DNA of 63,611 bases, the filler included, from Hyphochytrium catenoides (lineage: Eukaryota; Protista; Hyphochytriomycota), in NCBI GenBank assembly GCA_900088475.1. It is 6 parts of 6 records of this genome, joined end to end, with 100 filler letters (N's around TTAATTAATTAA, not from the genome) between each part and the next. Parts side by side here need not be neighbours in the genome. Positions count along the whole stretch, not along the records: positions 1 to 28,290 come from FLMG01002666.1; 5 more parts are not named here. The stretch is one strand, 5' to 3'. Under the pieces are notes generated by a model. That model ran no database searches. It was not told the origin of the DNA and saw only the letters and a list, made by a program, of their open reading frames with translations. This document shows positions 13,544 to 26,000 of this stretch, one piece after another (the first letter of the stretch is position 1; every line of letters begins with the position of its first letter). The position numbers were made by a program, and so were the translations under genes.

Positions 13544-14482
13544 TGCGCCATTCACGACTAGTGGGCAATCGGACAGCTTATTAGCGTCTGTGCATCGTCT
13601 TTAACGGACCACAGTTGCCGCCCTCGACTCGCTGCATGTGGACCCCCAGCGCATGCCTTGCTTTGCTGTTCTACTTCCTCTGACGTTTACAGGTAGTACC
13701 TCATTATCTGACAGGATTAACCTTGAGTCTCTTTGCCTGGAAAGCGTAGATGGCAGAAGGTCACGCATGCCCAAGAACCATGAAGAATGAGGCCGAGACA
13801 GCGGCCGAGAAGCTTCAATAAAGATTTTCTGTTTCTGATTCTGAAGCTTCAACATCCGCTTGCAATTGGCCTCTCCGACTCTACTCACCCCAGGTGTGCT
13901 GGGCCTACCACTTAGCCTAAGCAGTTGGTAAAAACTGCTCGAGAGGGGCAGGTTTCTCCGATCACATGGTGTGGAGACGTTAGCCCCGATGCTAACTGTA
14001 CAATGCTCTCTATCCTGATTAAGTCGCATTTAAACCTCAGCTAATAGTTCTATAGAGTTATATGCCATCCGCCATAAACACCATATAAACTCCTAGCATT
14101 ACCTGGCAAAAAAATGCTTATGGACCCTTCTAACTTCGCATATCGATGCATCTCGGGCTCCGAGTAGATGTGACGATTTGAGGGAGTGTCCAGATTATTT
14201 GGAGCCTCGATAAAGGCAAACACCTTGAGAATTGAGAACCCTGTCAAAGGGTGGCGATGGTCGCGGTGAGAGGGCGGCAGCAGCACTGCACTGACGATCA
14301 GCGGAGTGAGGAAGTCCAGGAGAGAGGCTAACTATGAAATGCCCGGCAGTCGAGGGTGAGGATCTTGATAGCTCTCGGTGTGAGGGTGCTCTTTGAGAAG
14401 GTTGTTATTGAGTGGAGGCTAATGGTGCTTCACAAGGACTAACAGGGGGTAGAGGGCTTGAGGGGCTATCAGAGAGGTAACG

Positions 14483-17400
14483 ATGAGGACCCTCCTCTTA
14501 TGGCTGGTGTCTCTCTTATCACTTGTCTACGGCGTCACTAAATTCTCTGAGGGCTTCATTTCGCTGAGCTTTACAGACAAAATACTGTCATTTAGTCAAA
14601 GCGCTGCAAGCGCAAAGACGAAGTCGCCAACCTCAAAGCTGTCGGAAGCAAAATTTTATGAGGACGCAGGGCATGACCGAAACCAAAGTGCTGGGTTTGA
14701 TAGAGGGAGTAAAGAAGAGGAGAATGATCTCCCTCCGCCTCTGTATGGAAGGCTGGTGCTCCTCCTGGTTGACGCTTTGCGGGCGGACATGGTCTTTGGA
14801 GACAGTGCGCTCATCCCTCATCAGGTCGGGCCGGCCGGGGGTCATCGTAGAGGACTAGAGCTTCAGCAGTACATGCCCTACACTGTGGGTCTCTTAGAGG
14901 AGAAAAGAGCGTTAGGCTTTGTGGCCACCGCTCAAAATCCGACCGGCAAGTGACATTGCCTCTTCTCCATATCCGCCGATGTTGCTTGGCTTGTCCTTTT
15001 CTCCAATACCTCCTTCATTAGCTGTCCGCTAGCCTTGTGAGATGGCTTCTTCTACAGACGCATCCAGTGCTTTATTTTGAGACCATTCCCTTGCACCTTG
15101 AGCTTCTTTCTTTATGGCCATCCTCCGCCTTGACGTTCTTCACCTTCCTGATCTCCTGGTGGTCTGTGCACTGCAGCCTAACCTCATTGCTTATCCCACG
15201 ATGGCCTCATGCTGCACTATTTTCTCCGTCTTGACCCCGCTTATTTCCATCTCTCTTCCCAGTAACGATGCCTCGTCTGAAGGCACTGACATCCGGGAGG
15301 ATACCCGCCTTTGCGGACATCATCAATAACTTTAACTCGGAGACTTTAGAGGAAGAGAATGTCCTTACGAACCTTGTCAGAAGTATGAAGTCTCCCGTTT
15401 TCCTCTTCTCCGTCAGGTTCCCTTAAAGTGCAAGGTTATTTTCCTAGTCTTCCTTCTTGCCCTAATTGCTTCACGTTTGTCGGGGATGTCACCGTCTATA
15501 CCTACGGTTCATCCTGCTAAGTAACTTCCTGCACTATCGGAGGTCAGTGGACTTGTCTGCCTCTTATTTGCTATGTCGGCATGTTGCGATTAGTCTCTCT
15601 TTCGCTGAGCATTCCTTAATCTCCTTACCTTTTGCAGGCGGTCGCAAGGCAGTACTCTATGGGGATGACACGTGGCTAAAGCTCTTCCCAGATACTTTTT
15701 TGCGAGCTGATGGAACTTCAGGTTTCTTCACACAAGACACGGAGGAAGTCGATCACAATGTGACCAGACACCTGCATCAGGAGCTAGACCCCGAGATGCG
15801 TCATCCCTACAGCAACGATTGGGATGTGCTCGTGCTGCATTATTTAGGGTTGGATCACGTGGGACATCTAAGGGGACCGAGGAGCAAGCTGATGAGCGAG
15901 AAGCTTGGGGAAATGGACGACATAGTGCGGACTATAGCCCAGAACATCGAAGCCCAGGATAAAAAGCGGAAGAGTGACAGAGGGGAGCAGTACCTTCCCA
16001 CATTGTTCCTACTGATTAGTGACCATGGAATGACAGACATGGGAAACCACGGAGGATCAGCGACAGAAGAGGTCAGCGCAGTGCTGGTCTCTATCGGTAG
16101 CAGAAGCGAGCAATGTGGCAAGGAAATCAAAACCACGAAGCAACGGGTGGGAGCGGACCACAGCTTTCCGAATGTCATGCAGATTGACTTGGTTCCCACT
16201 CTTGCCTCGCTCTTCGCTGTCCCTACACCCGGTCTAAGCCTCGGTAGGGTCATTGAGGAACTCATCCCAAGGGAGCAAAAGGGGACTATGTGGCATTGCT
16301 ACACACTCTATCATAATGCTCGCCAGCTTGGACAGCTCTACAAGTCCGCCTCTGCGCAAAGTGCTTCGGGTGAGGACAGGGACGTGTCGGAGGCATACCG
16401 TGCAGCTTTATCCGCTTGGGAACAGCGGCAGGAAGAGTTAGGGATGGAGAAAGCAATAGAGAAGCTCTCCTTGTTTCTGTCGAAAGCTCAGAAGTACATG
16501 ATGGAGCGGCAGATTCCGTTCAACGAAGGCATAATGTTAAATGGGATCTTAGGGCTAGGTGTGGCGTCCGCCGCTGCCTTTCTTTTGCTGTTGCAAGTGC
16601 TAAAGCGGGAGAGAATTGAGTGGAGCGGGGACAGCTTGGTTAGGTCTTCGCCCTTCTCCATCTGTGCTCTCTTGATGTCCTTGGGTTCCATTATGTACTA
16701 CGTTACCCTGGCAGGGACTTCTACAATCGAGAATGAGCACGCCACAGCCTTCCTGCTAGCTACAACTTTTATCTTCTTCTACCTCTGGCACTTGGGAGGG
16801 CGCCCAGCCGGGACGAGAACAGGGAAGAGTCACAGGCAACACGGTAGGGCTTACTTCTATGGAGTCGGTGCACTACTCCTATTCCGGCTGCTGAGAGGAA
16901 GAAATCAGGTCATTAATTTTTCACTGTTGAATGGCGTTCAAGGCTCTGGGGACTATTCGACCTCTGTTCTCCACAGCGGTCCTCTCTTTGCTAGTCCCTT
17001 TTCAGCCATGACAGCTATAGGGAGCCTGTCAGTCTACAAAATCATAGAACTGTCTTCATCCAGGAAAGACAGAGGGTATTCGACGATAACTCAGGTTGCT
17101 GTTGGGGCCTCGCTGCTCTGCACATTTCTGAATCTCGTTCTCCTCTGGCTGCGTGATAGCCCCGACAGGACCGCAAAGCTTCCACTGAGCAAAACCTTTC
17201 TTGCAAGAATGGCATTCTGTCTCCAAGGGCTTCTCTTCTTTCTTCCGGCAGCAAAGTTCGATGTCTTCCGTTCAAAGTCTCCCCGCAACTCTTCACTAGC
17301 AGCTTCTAAACGCTCAGAAGCTGCTATCCTCACCTTCACTCTGTGGCAGGTAGCTTACTGGATGTTAGCGTCTCTTTTGCAGAGGTAACTAAGAGGCCGT

Positions 17401-18693
17401 CAACTCTTCTGGACAAATAATCTGTTGACTAAGCAACCATGTTCTTGAACTGCCGACCTACGGCTGGGAAAAAACTTTTCTGATCCTGTGCACCTCTTTC
17501 CAGGCCTGATAACCTGCCGACTTTGGCTCTTCTCTGCTTTCAATCGGTAGCACTGGAGAAGCTCTTCAAATCAGGAGGAGAGCCAACTGTGGGAGTGCCT
17601 TTCTCATTTCTCCTAATTTATCTTGCCTGGGTAGGGCGAAGCTTCTTTTTCTCGCTAGGAAACTCCCACGTTGTGAGCACCATCGATATCAGTGGAGCGT
17701 ATACGGGATTGGATGCTTATGACCAGGCAGGAATCTTGCTTAGGGTTACGCTTCGCCATTTTCGTTCCTCCGAGTCAGTCTCTATCATCAGTTTATGGAT
17801 ACCCTGCACTTGTCAGTATTGAGTCTTGGTTATTCTTCTACCTTGAGCGCTGCAGGCGCTTTTCTTGGCAGAGCGTCTTACATGCTTCTCACCTAGGCTA
17901 TGGTGGGCACTCTCACCTTCTTGATCACGTGCACCGGGCCCCTGATGGCAGACTTCACAGCTGTTGTCCTCCTTCTTTCATCATCTTCATCGCGCGCATG
18001 GTCGGGCTGTGGAGCTGCCGTCCTGTTCAGTCAATGTTCATTAACATTTATCTTCAGGTAAAGAGTGACAAGTCTGAGCGGCTGTACTCCTCGAGCTAGC
18101 CTCTTCCAAATTTTAGACCTTCCGCTGCATTTATCTGTGCCACCCTTCATCTTACTGCCGGTATTTTGGCTTCTACGACTGTCTCCTGCCAATCGGGGCG
18201 TTTCTGCAAAAGGCGATGTTCTCCTAAAGGACCTTGACGTTTTTATGGATCTCCCCCTGGCCTCCTAGCATTTACCTACCCTTGACCTTAGAAGGCCTGT
18301 CACTAATCTACATGCATGCTGCGATTGTGTTGCCAGCTGTGTCGTTTTCCTTATGAGAACTCACCTTTTTGTCTGGAGCGTGTTTGCACCGAAAGTAAGA
18401 TCCCCAAAACCTTGTAATGACCTGTTAACTCATCTGACATCGACTCTCTGTTTGATCTCCGTTTCTCGTCTTCTGTTTCTTCATTTGCTCATTTGTCCAA
18501 CGAACACTTTCATTCTCTCTTATCTTGATCTCCGCAGTTTTGCTACGAGGTCTTCTTTTGCGTCCACACTTTGCTACAGTTATTGCTACTTACTATTGCG
18601 AGGCTTCTGGCTTCCTCCAAGCCATTGACGTGGAACCGACAGCATATGGACGGAAGTTCAGCGGATTCAGATGTATCGGAAAAGACACGATGA
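14483..18693 (+). CDS. PIGG: GPI ethanolamine-phosphate transferase 2 (PIG-G/GPI7), multi-exon
   Basis: N-terminal TM, LLVDALRAD, spliced PT|VTMPRLKALTSG.IPAFAD, YGDDTWLKLFP, EVDHNVTRHL, LHYLGLDHVGH, SDHGMTDMGNHGG, QIDLVPTL, multi-TM C-terminus with GNSH...IDISGAYTGL and MRTHLFVWSVFAPK|FCYE. Stop TGA at 18691-18693. Confidence 0.93.
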
Positions 18694-18988
18694 CGGCTTT
18701 TTTGTCCTTTAGTTTTGGAATGCTTGCAAGTCAAGAACATGATATGCCTGCCATCGAAAATGACTTGCTCCCTGTGACAGCGGCTCGTTATCCTCTCTGT
18801 CTGCTCCTTTTCGGTCTCTGCTCTTTCTGCGCTTACTTTTTAGTCACATCTCCTCCTTTATATTGGGTTGACTCAGAGATAGAGCGCAGTCGCCGCTAAA
18901 AAGCAATAGTTCTTCCTTATGTACAATGACTCCGTTCTAAGTAGTAACTCACATTCGGAGAGAGCCCTTCTCTCTCTCTCCAAAGAGT

Positions 18989-19907
18989 TCAACCTACGTA
19001 CTCATCGTCGTCCTCATCTCTACTCCTCATAGCTTGCCTTTCTCGCATCCTCTCGACATAAGCATCCTTGTACTCAGATATGTTCCTCACATAGTCTTCA
19101 GCTTGCTTCGCCTCTTGCTCCCATTGGGAGTGGTCGTATGCGGGTTCGACTGATTGAATACGCTGAAGAATCTTTTGATTTTCTTGGGTGACTCTCTGGA
19201 GCTCCCTATAGACAGGGTAAAGAGAAAGAGCTTAATACGCGGAACAGAAGTACCGCGAGACACATTGGAAGCACAGGTCACAGACACGGATTGTTATGCA
19301 CCCGCCAGAGAGAAATAGCCAACTGAGAAGGCTGAGCCTTTTGAATAGTAGGATGGCTGTATCATCAGTTCAAATCCCATCCAGGACACAGTGAGAGAGG
19401 GCTCACTTCTTTCGTGCTTCTCTATTGAGGCTCTTGACGTAATGTATGGCATCACTCTTATTGTCCAGGGTGTCTTTGGACATGATCTCAGACATTTTCT
19501 GGAGGAGAATGCGGTTCTCATGCTCAATTTGAGCATATCTAAGAGAGAATCAGGATGTAAGAACGTAGTTAAGGTGGTAAGAGCTGTGTCTCTCCCATTA
19601 TCTGATCCTTGGGCTTTGTCAGCGCTGTCTCTCCTTTCCCGTCCGTTTTAGGGTTAAGGTTTCAGAGGTGCCCTTCCCACTCTCTCACACGCACTCTTCG
19701 TCTCAATGGCTGAATGTACCTTTCTTCTGTCATCTGCTCCTTCTTAGGGTTCCTCTTCTTGGCGTGATTTAGGCTTTTAGGTGTAGACATGTCAATATGA
19801 GACTTGATGTTTTGAAGCTTCTTCTTGTGGATCTCCATACTGCGCTGAACGTAACGCGAGCTCACTGTTCGATTAGAGGAGGGCATGGCTTTTCTACCTC
19901 TATCCAT
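18989..19907 (-). CDS. CFAP97/hemingway-family cilia- and flagella-associated protein, 3 exons
   Basis: Spliced product reads HKKKLQNIKSHIDMSTPK..NPKKEQMTEERYAQIEHENRILLQKMSEIM..SLNREARKKELQRVTQENQKILQRIQSVEPAY, which fits the CFAP97/KIAA1430 pattern. Intron phases are consistent. Confidence 0.82.
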
Positions 19908-21567
19908 TGTGCGTGGTATGCTGATCGCCTTACGGCAGCGCAAGAGGCAGAGATTGACGGTGGGCGAGAACTATACAACTGCAAAGCGTACAATCTCTTC
20001 CTTTAGACTAGGAGGTCTTCCCGTACTGACCACCAGGCGAACGAGAATTCAAAGCTGATCTAATGATTGTGCTACGATGGTTACTAGGCTTCAGTGCCCT
20101 TACAGCGAGCTGTGCCTTGCGCTCCTTCAAATTTGTCTGCAGACTGAGGCTGTCCCACTGATGCGGCGCTGGTGCCGCTAGCTATTAATAGAGCATTCCC
20201 CATTCCTTTCTCTCCTCTCTGCCTCCCTAGGTATTCTATTTAGGAAAGACCGGCAGGAAGACCGAAGAGAGAAAAATGAGAGAAGAGAGAGAGAGAGAAG
20301 AGACAGAGCTGAAGGAAAGAGCAAGCAGGACAGAACAGAGAGTGAGAGGTTAGTGCACCATGAGGCAGGTGATGGGCGAGGCGGAGAGAGCAGAACAACA
20401 AGGAGACCAACCAAGGAAATCCAAAAGCCCAAGTTTTCCTTTTGGCACCTGTGCTGGATTGATAATCAGTCCTATGATTCCTTAATGATTCCTTGTAACG
20501 ACTTTGCACTAATCAGTAAATTGAACCAATCAGCGATCACCTTTACAGCTCCCTCGGCCAATCAAAGCTGTGCATTCAGTCTTTTTCCAAATCCCAGTCA
20601 TTCACTGACAAGGTCGCGCTGACTGTTGGGTGAAGGCACACGGACCATAGACAAAAAGTGCATGAAGTCCTTCCATGTCACCTTCAGCTGCCTGAATGGC
20701 TCTCGCTATACTTCGCCGCGCTTGGCACTCTGTTACGAAGTAGCAGTGTTCGATCAACAATAACGATGCGGAGAGGCAGCAGTTTATGTATTGAAGTTCA
20801 CATGCCGAGCCGAGCAGTAGTGAACTGAGTGATGGATGACTTCCGGTACGGCAAAGTAGCGTCTACCCGATGGTTCTCGCTGCCGGATCGCCGGCCAAGT
20901 GGGAGATACTGCTTAACAGCTGCTGCTCTTCTATGAAAAAAAAGGAGTACTACGCTTCTCTGTTTAGGGTCCGTTGTATGGATTGTGAACGGTTTTGTTA
21001 AGCTTTCGCGGGTAAAGTTGAACGAATTGCTCTGTTGATATGCTCCGGAGTGTAAGCCCAAGTTCTATCTACTTTCGCCATTCTGCAGATCAACTCTTAC
21101 AGAGAAGAGTTTATGCAATCATTGGTCTCGAAAGTTAGGAGCAGGCCTCCATTCCCAATGATAAAGCTTCATTTGGGCGAACCTCAGCTGTTCAGCTACT
21201 AGTGACACTGATAGTAGTGAAGTCGGTACCATAAAGAACCGAGCTACATCAGTTGGAAGAGCATCCAAATGAAGAGAGACAGAACAGGGAGACAGTATGA
21301 GAAGAAGACAAATCGAGAATTTACAGGCATGACAATTGAAAGAGGAGCGAGAAAGAGAGATAGTAAAGGCAGGAGCGGGCCAAAGAGAGAGGAAAGGAAG
21401 ACCCAAGAGAAACTCTTGTCAAGGAGGCATAACAAGAGAAAGGCTGCCAGGGCAAGGCTTGCCAATGCTGTGGATACAAAGCTAACGAGGGAGACATTGG
21501 CTTTCAGCATGTCAAAAGATGGCGATTTGTTATATTTTGTAACCGTCGTGCCATGAAACCTCTTCTG

Positions 21568-21569
<2 letters not shown>

Positions 21570-21614
<45 letters not shown>

Positions 21615-21765
21615 CTCTCTCTCTGTCTCTGTCTCTCTCTCGCTCGCTCTCGCTCTCCCTCTCTCAATCTCTCTCTCTCCCCCTCTATGTGTCTCTCTCC
21701 GTCCTCTCTCTCTCTCTCTGTGTCTCTCTCCGTCCTCTCTCTCTCTCTTTCTCCTCTCTCTCATC
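21570..21765 (+). repeat. Compound (CT)n microsatellite tract, representative of dozens across the window
   Basis: Long perfect and imperfect CT runs. Similar tracts at 1-160, 478-520, 35735-35790, 36066-36121, 43868-43963, 56346-56397 and 62742-63050. Confidence 0.95.
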
Positions 21766-22488
21766 ACCCTTTCTCCTTTCTTTCTCTTATTCTTACTTGT
21801 TTCCCTTGATATGGCAATCTGTCTACCTTTGCTCTCTCTCTTTCGTTGCTTCTCTTTCGCTTGGACGTGGAAAGCTACATCGTGGATAACTTCCCATAAG
21901 CAACCGCTGGTATCAACGTTTCTTTCGCGTCAGCAGCCGTTCTTTTCTCCTCGCTTCTGCCTTGGATCCTTTTACAGAGCTTCCACATCTCTCCGTTCCA
22001 AGCTCTGTTCACACTCTATCTCTGAGAGCTCTGATCGCTGAGCAACAGATATTTTCCTATCTTTGTTCTTTTTTGCGTTGACTTTCTGCGGCTAGTTCCT
22101 ACCTTCCCCCATGCTCGGGAAGAACGCCTCACCCGCTGTTGGTTTTCTCTGCACTTTCTCGCTCGCTCTCTGTCGCTCTCGCGCTTGCTATCTCTCTCTC
22201 TCTCTCTGCACCTCTCTCCCTCTCTTCCTGTCTCTACATATTTTCTCCCTACTCGTGCCTCTTCCCCTCTCCTCTCTTTCTCGCTATACACGCTCTCTCC
22301 TCTCTCTACTCGCCGCATCCTATCCTATGATAACCATTGTAGGGTGGAGAGTAGGGATAAACTAGCTCCTGACTCTCCTACAAAGTAAAGACGCTGTGAT
22401 TGCTCTATCCTACATTGCCCCTACAGCCACTATCGGCTCACCGCTCAGGTTTCCCCTCCTTTACCATCCACCCTTTTTCTCTCTCTCA

Positions 22489-22524
<36 letters not shown>

Positions 22525-23051
22525 TTCTTCCATCTCCATATTCCATCAGGAGGTTCACGCTTTTCTGGCTTTCCTTATCGCTCTCCTTCGTGCGCGGGCT
22601 CTTATTCTCAACATATCGGCCTCTGCTGTACGATACTAGCAGCTCACCTCTTAGAGCGCACCGACTGTACGGTCTCAGATTGAATGGAATAAAGCGGAGA
22701 AGGAAGGAGGCTTGAGCAGCTCCCTCTGTTTTCTCTTCCTTCCTGGGCTCTCCTTGTCTATCCTCATTGGAAGTGCCAAGCTGACTCCCCGTTGCATTCT
22801 GAGAGCTCTCAGTTGTTGCTTCGATCTCAGTCTGCGGAGTCCTCTATCCCTGGGAAGCCTTCGTTTTCCTCCTCAAAGATCGTGACAACTGACATATTTT
22901 GGAAGTAGCTAACCTCCAGTCCTCCTCTTCCCGTCTCTTTTACTAGCCTTAGCTCTTCTTCATCGACCTACCATTTCTTCTGCGTTGCTAGTGGTCTCGT
23001 CCTTGGCTGCAGAACACTCTATCGCTCTGCATAGAGAACTAGGCCGCGCCG

Positions 23052-26000
23052 ATGCGAAGAAAGATTAGCTGTTCAACCGCAGGTGGGGTCAAGTCTCATG
23101 AGGCTCTGCGTCTTCAATTGGTGTCCTGCGATACCAATGTCGACCGTCGCTCCCTCGTCAAGAACAAAGCGGTCCCAGTGCCCGATAGCTCCACAGACAA
23201 CGACCGGAGGAGCCAACAACAAGTTGTACAAGGGACGGTGGCTCTGGAAGGGAAGAAAGAGGAAACGGTTCCCATACCCGCACTGATCTCCCTCCTAGCG
23301 AGAAAGAGGCGCCGAGAGGTGGTGCTGGCGTTTCTTCTAGGTTCACTTCTCATCGCTGCCGGAGCTGCAATTGGTCTCGCTTTTTCTTCCTCGCTTTCCC
23401 GCTGGGCCCCTGCCCCAGAGGTATCAGGGCTCTTCCGTGCTCTCTACACCGCCGTAGAGCTGCTAGTCAATGAGATCCACATCTTCGTAAAGCTCGTAGG
23501 AACGTTGATCATGGCCCAACTTCTTAGACTCTCTCTCCAGTCAGCCTCAGGCATGTCGACGCACGTTCTCAATGGAGTAGGAAGTCTGCCCACCCTTTTG
23601 AAGGAGAGAAAGGTGCACAAAGCGCTAGTTCTGGTGATAGTTCTCCTTGGTCCCACGGTTGCCAGCATCGTGGTAGGGAAAGCCATCTTCCTGGTGTGGA
23701 ACCGCACGACGAAGGCGATGTATAATCGTCACTCTTGCTTTATTGGGGACTACGCGATGGACTCCAAGGGTCTTTGGAAACCTATTGAATACTGGCAGGA
23801 GCGGCAGACAAACCTTCGAGCACTGACAATATCTCTTGGCGCCGCCTTAAACAACAAATGTACAATATTGGGAGGATCGGTTGAGAGTTTGTCAATGCTT
23901 GGCTCCGCAGGTGGGGGAGCAAATGGTACTGTGGCGACGGGTGTCGATGGGAGCTCCTCTGCCTCTATAGAAACCGCCACTTGGATGATAGATAGCTCAA
24001 GGAAGTGCAAAGTTGGCTCCTCTATTACTGAGATGTGCGTCAATGCAGGGCACACCTTGATAAACAGAACCACATTCAGGGTTCAACCTAACTGTTTAAC
24101 TCTTATGGATGCCGAACTAAGCAGGATGTGCAACGCCGAGAGCTTTCCTGAGTTTGAGAGACAAGAGGTCAAGGCGCCTGTTAATGGCAATTACACAGAC
24201 TTTTCGTCAGCTGCGAAGGAAGCTGAAGCTCGCCAGAATTGCACTAAGATCGTCTTGCAGGATCTGTGCTATCCGAAGGCCGTAGAAGAGTGTTTTGAGT
24301 CCGAGAGCAAGCGAGAGTGGGATCTTACTCTATCGGCGGAAGAGTTCACGACATCGATTCGGTACAGAGAGCTGCCGGACAGAGAGGAACTGGAGATAAA
24401 TTATCTGACATCCGACCAAGGAAGAAACTGCTCTCAGCCTGAAGATGCTTGCCCTCAGAATTCCCGGTGTGGAATTGCACAGAGGGTTGATTTAATGCAG
24501 AACGTGACTGTCTATACAGCGAACATTCGCCTGTCGCAGACGGCTGGCATTCGGGCCTGGGCCCTCCAGCCTGCTCAGCTCTGGCTCCCTGGCGTCGTAG
24601 AGAACTCTATTGGGCTTTTCAGAAGCAAAAACTCTTATCAGTTTGCGTTGGAAGGCAGCCTTGAGGTGGCAGAGTCTGTCGATACCGTGGACCAACTAGA
24701 GGATCGTGATCAGAGGTATGAACGGATTGTCTTCTCCTACCAGAAGCAAGAGGAGACCATGCGAGGAGTAATGAACTGGGTGACCTTTGAGCTGCTGGCA
24801 ACGGAGGAAGTGGAGAAACTTGTCACTGAGCTGGGACAATTAGCTACGCAAAATCTTAGACAGTCTTCAGCCTCCACCAGAGCTGGACTCCGTGATACCT
24901 CTTACTCTCAATGGAACACTTCAGACATGTGGGATTCAGACGAGCAGGTTGGACCTACAATGCGATACTTCAATTTTACGGCTGCCTGTGAGGATACGGC
25001 GCAGTGGGGATCAGATCAGGGTGCGTGTGAGGCTGCCATCAAGGCTGAGCTTTTGAAGGTACAGACCGTATTCACGGGAGACGACTATGAGGACTCCAAT
25101 CTTTGTGGGTGCCAGTTAGCCCTAGAGGATGGTTCTTCTACGCCTCTTTTGGATGAGCTGAGCAAGTATCTTTCTAATGACCTCTCTGAGGCCACGCCAT
25201 TAGAAAGCGTCGGCAGAGGTCTAAGGGGCAAGCTAGTCGACAATCTCTCGAGCTGGAGGGATCGATTAGTGCCTTTTGGCACCCCAACGAACTATCCAGA
25301 CGAGTGTATTCTACCTTCGAGTCCCAGCGTCATAGGCATGCAAAGCTTTGACTATGAACAGATGACTGGAGAAGCTATGTTCACTTGGGATTTGCAGTGT
25401 GTCAGCATCCGTCCCGCTAGAGGACGAGAATTGACTGTGCATGGTGACTTTGACTTTGACTCAGAGGACCACTCCTGCATTCCGGAACTCCGCCCTGACT
25501 GCTCCTGCGAGGTCTCTCGTAGCCTTAACTACAGCTATGCAAAAATTGGTGCGCAAGTGTTGGGATGTACAAGTCAAATGTCAGGTGCCTACGTGGCAGT
25601 GAACTATTCTATGCAAGCCACAGCTCTGTACCAAATGAGCATTGGCTACATGGAGGCACTCAGCCCGGCCTGCGCGGAGGTACCAGTGAAGGAGGGGACG
25701 GCCCGGTGCAGTATAGAACTTCAGCCTTATCAGTCCAGGGATGACAATCAGAGTTTTGTCGTGTTAGGGACAATGAAGACCACTGCGAAAATAGGTGCTC
25801 CAAACTCAGTTTCTAAGGCGCACACTGTCAGCGGGACCAGGGAGGTCAACGGTGAACAGTGGTACCACATCTTTTACCTTGAGAATGACGGCAACTGGAC
25901 GGCGGTGACTGAGCTAGGAGCGGAGGAACTGGATATGAAGGACTTTCACGTCGCAACAGTCCGCTTCCAAGGTGAAACGAGGATGTGGATGAATGCCAAC

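Noticed and set aside
20600-21560. Possible small gene between the CFAP97-family gene and the 1174-aa ORF
   Set aside because: Only short frames with no recognisable motif or consistent splice chain.
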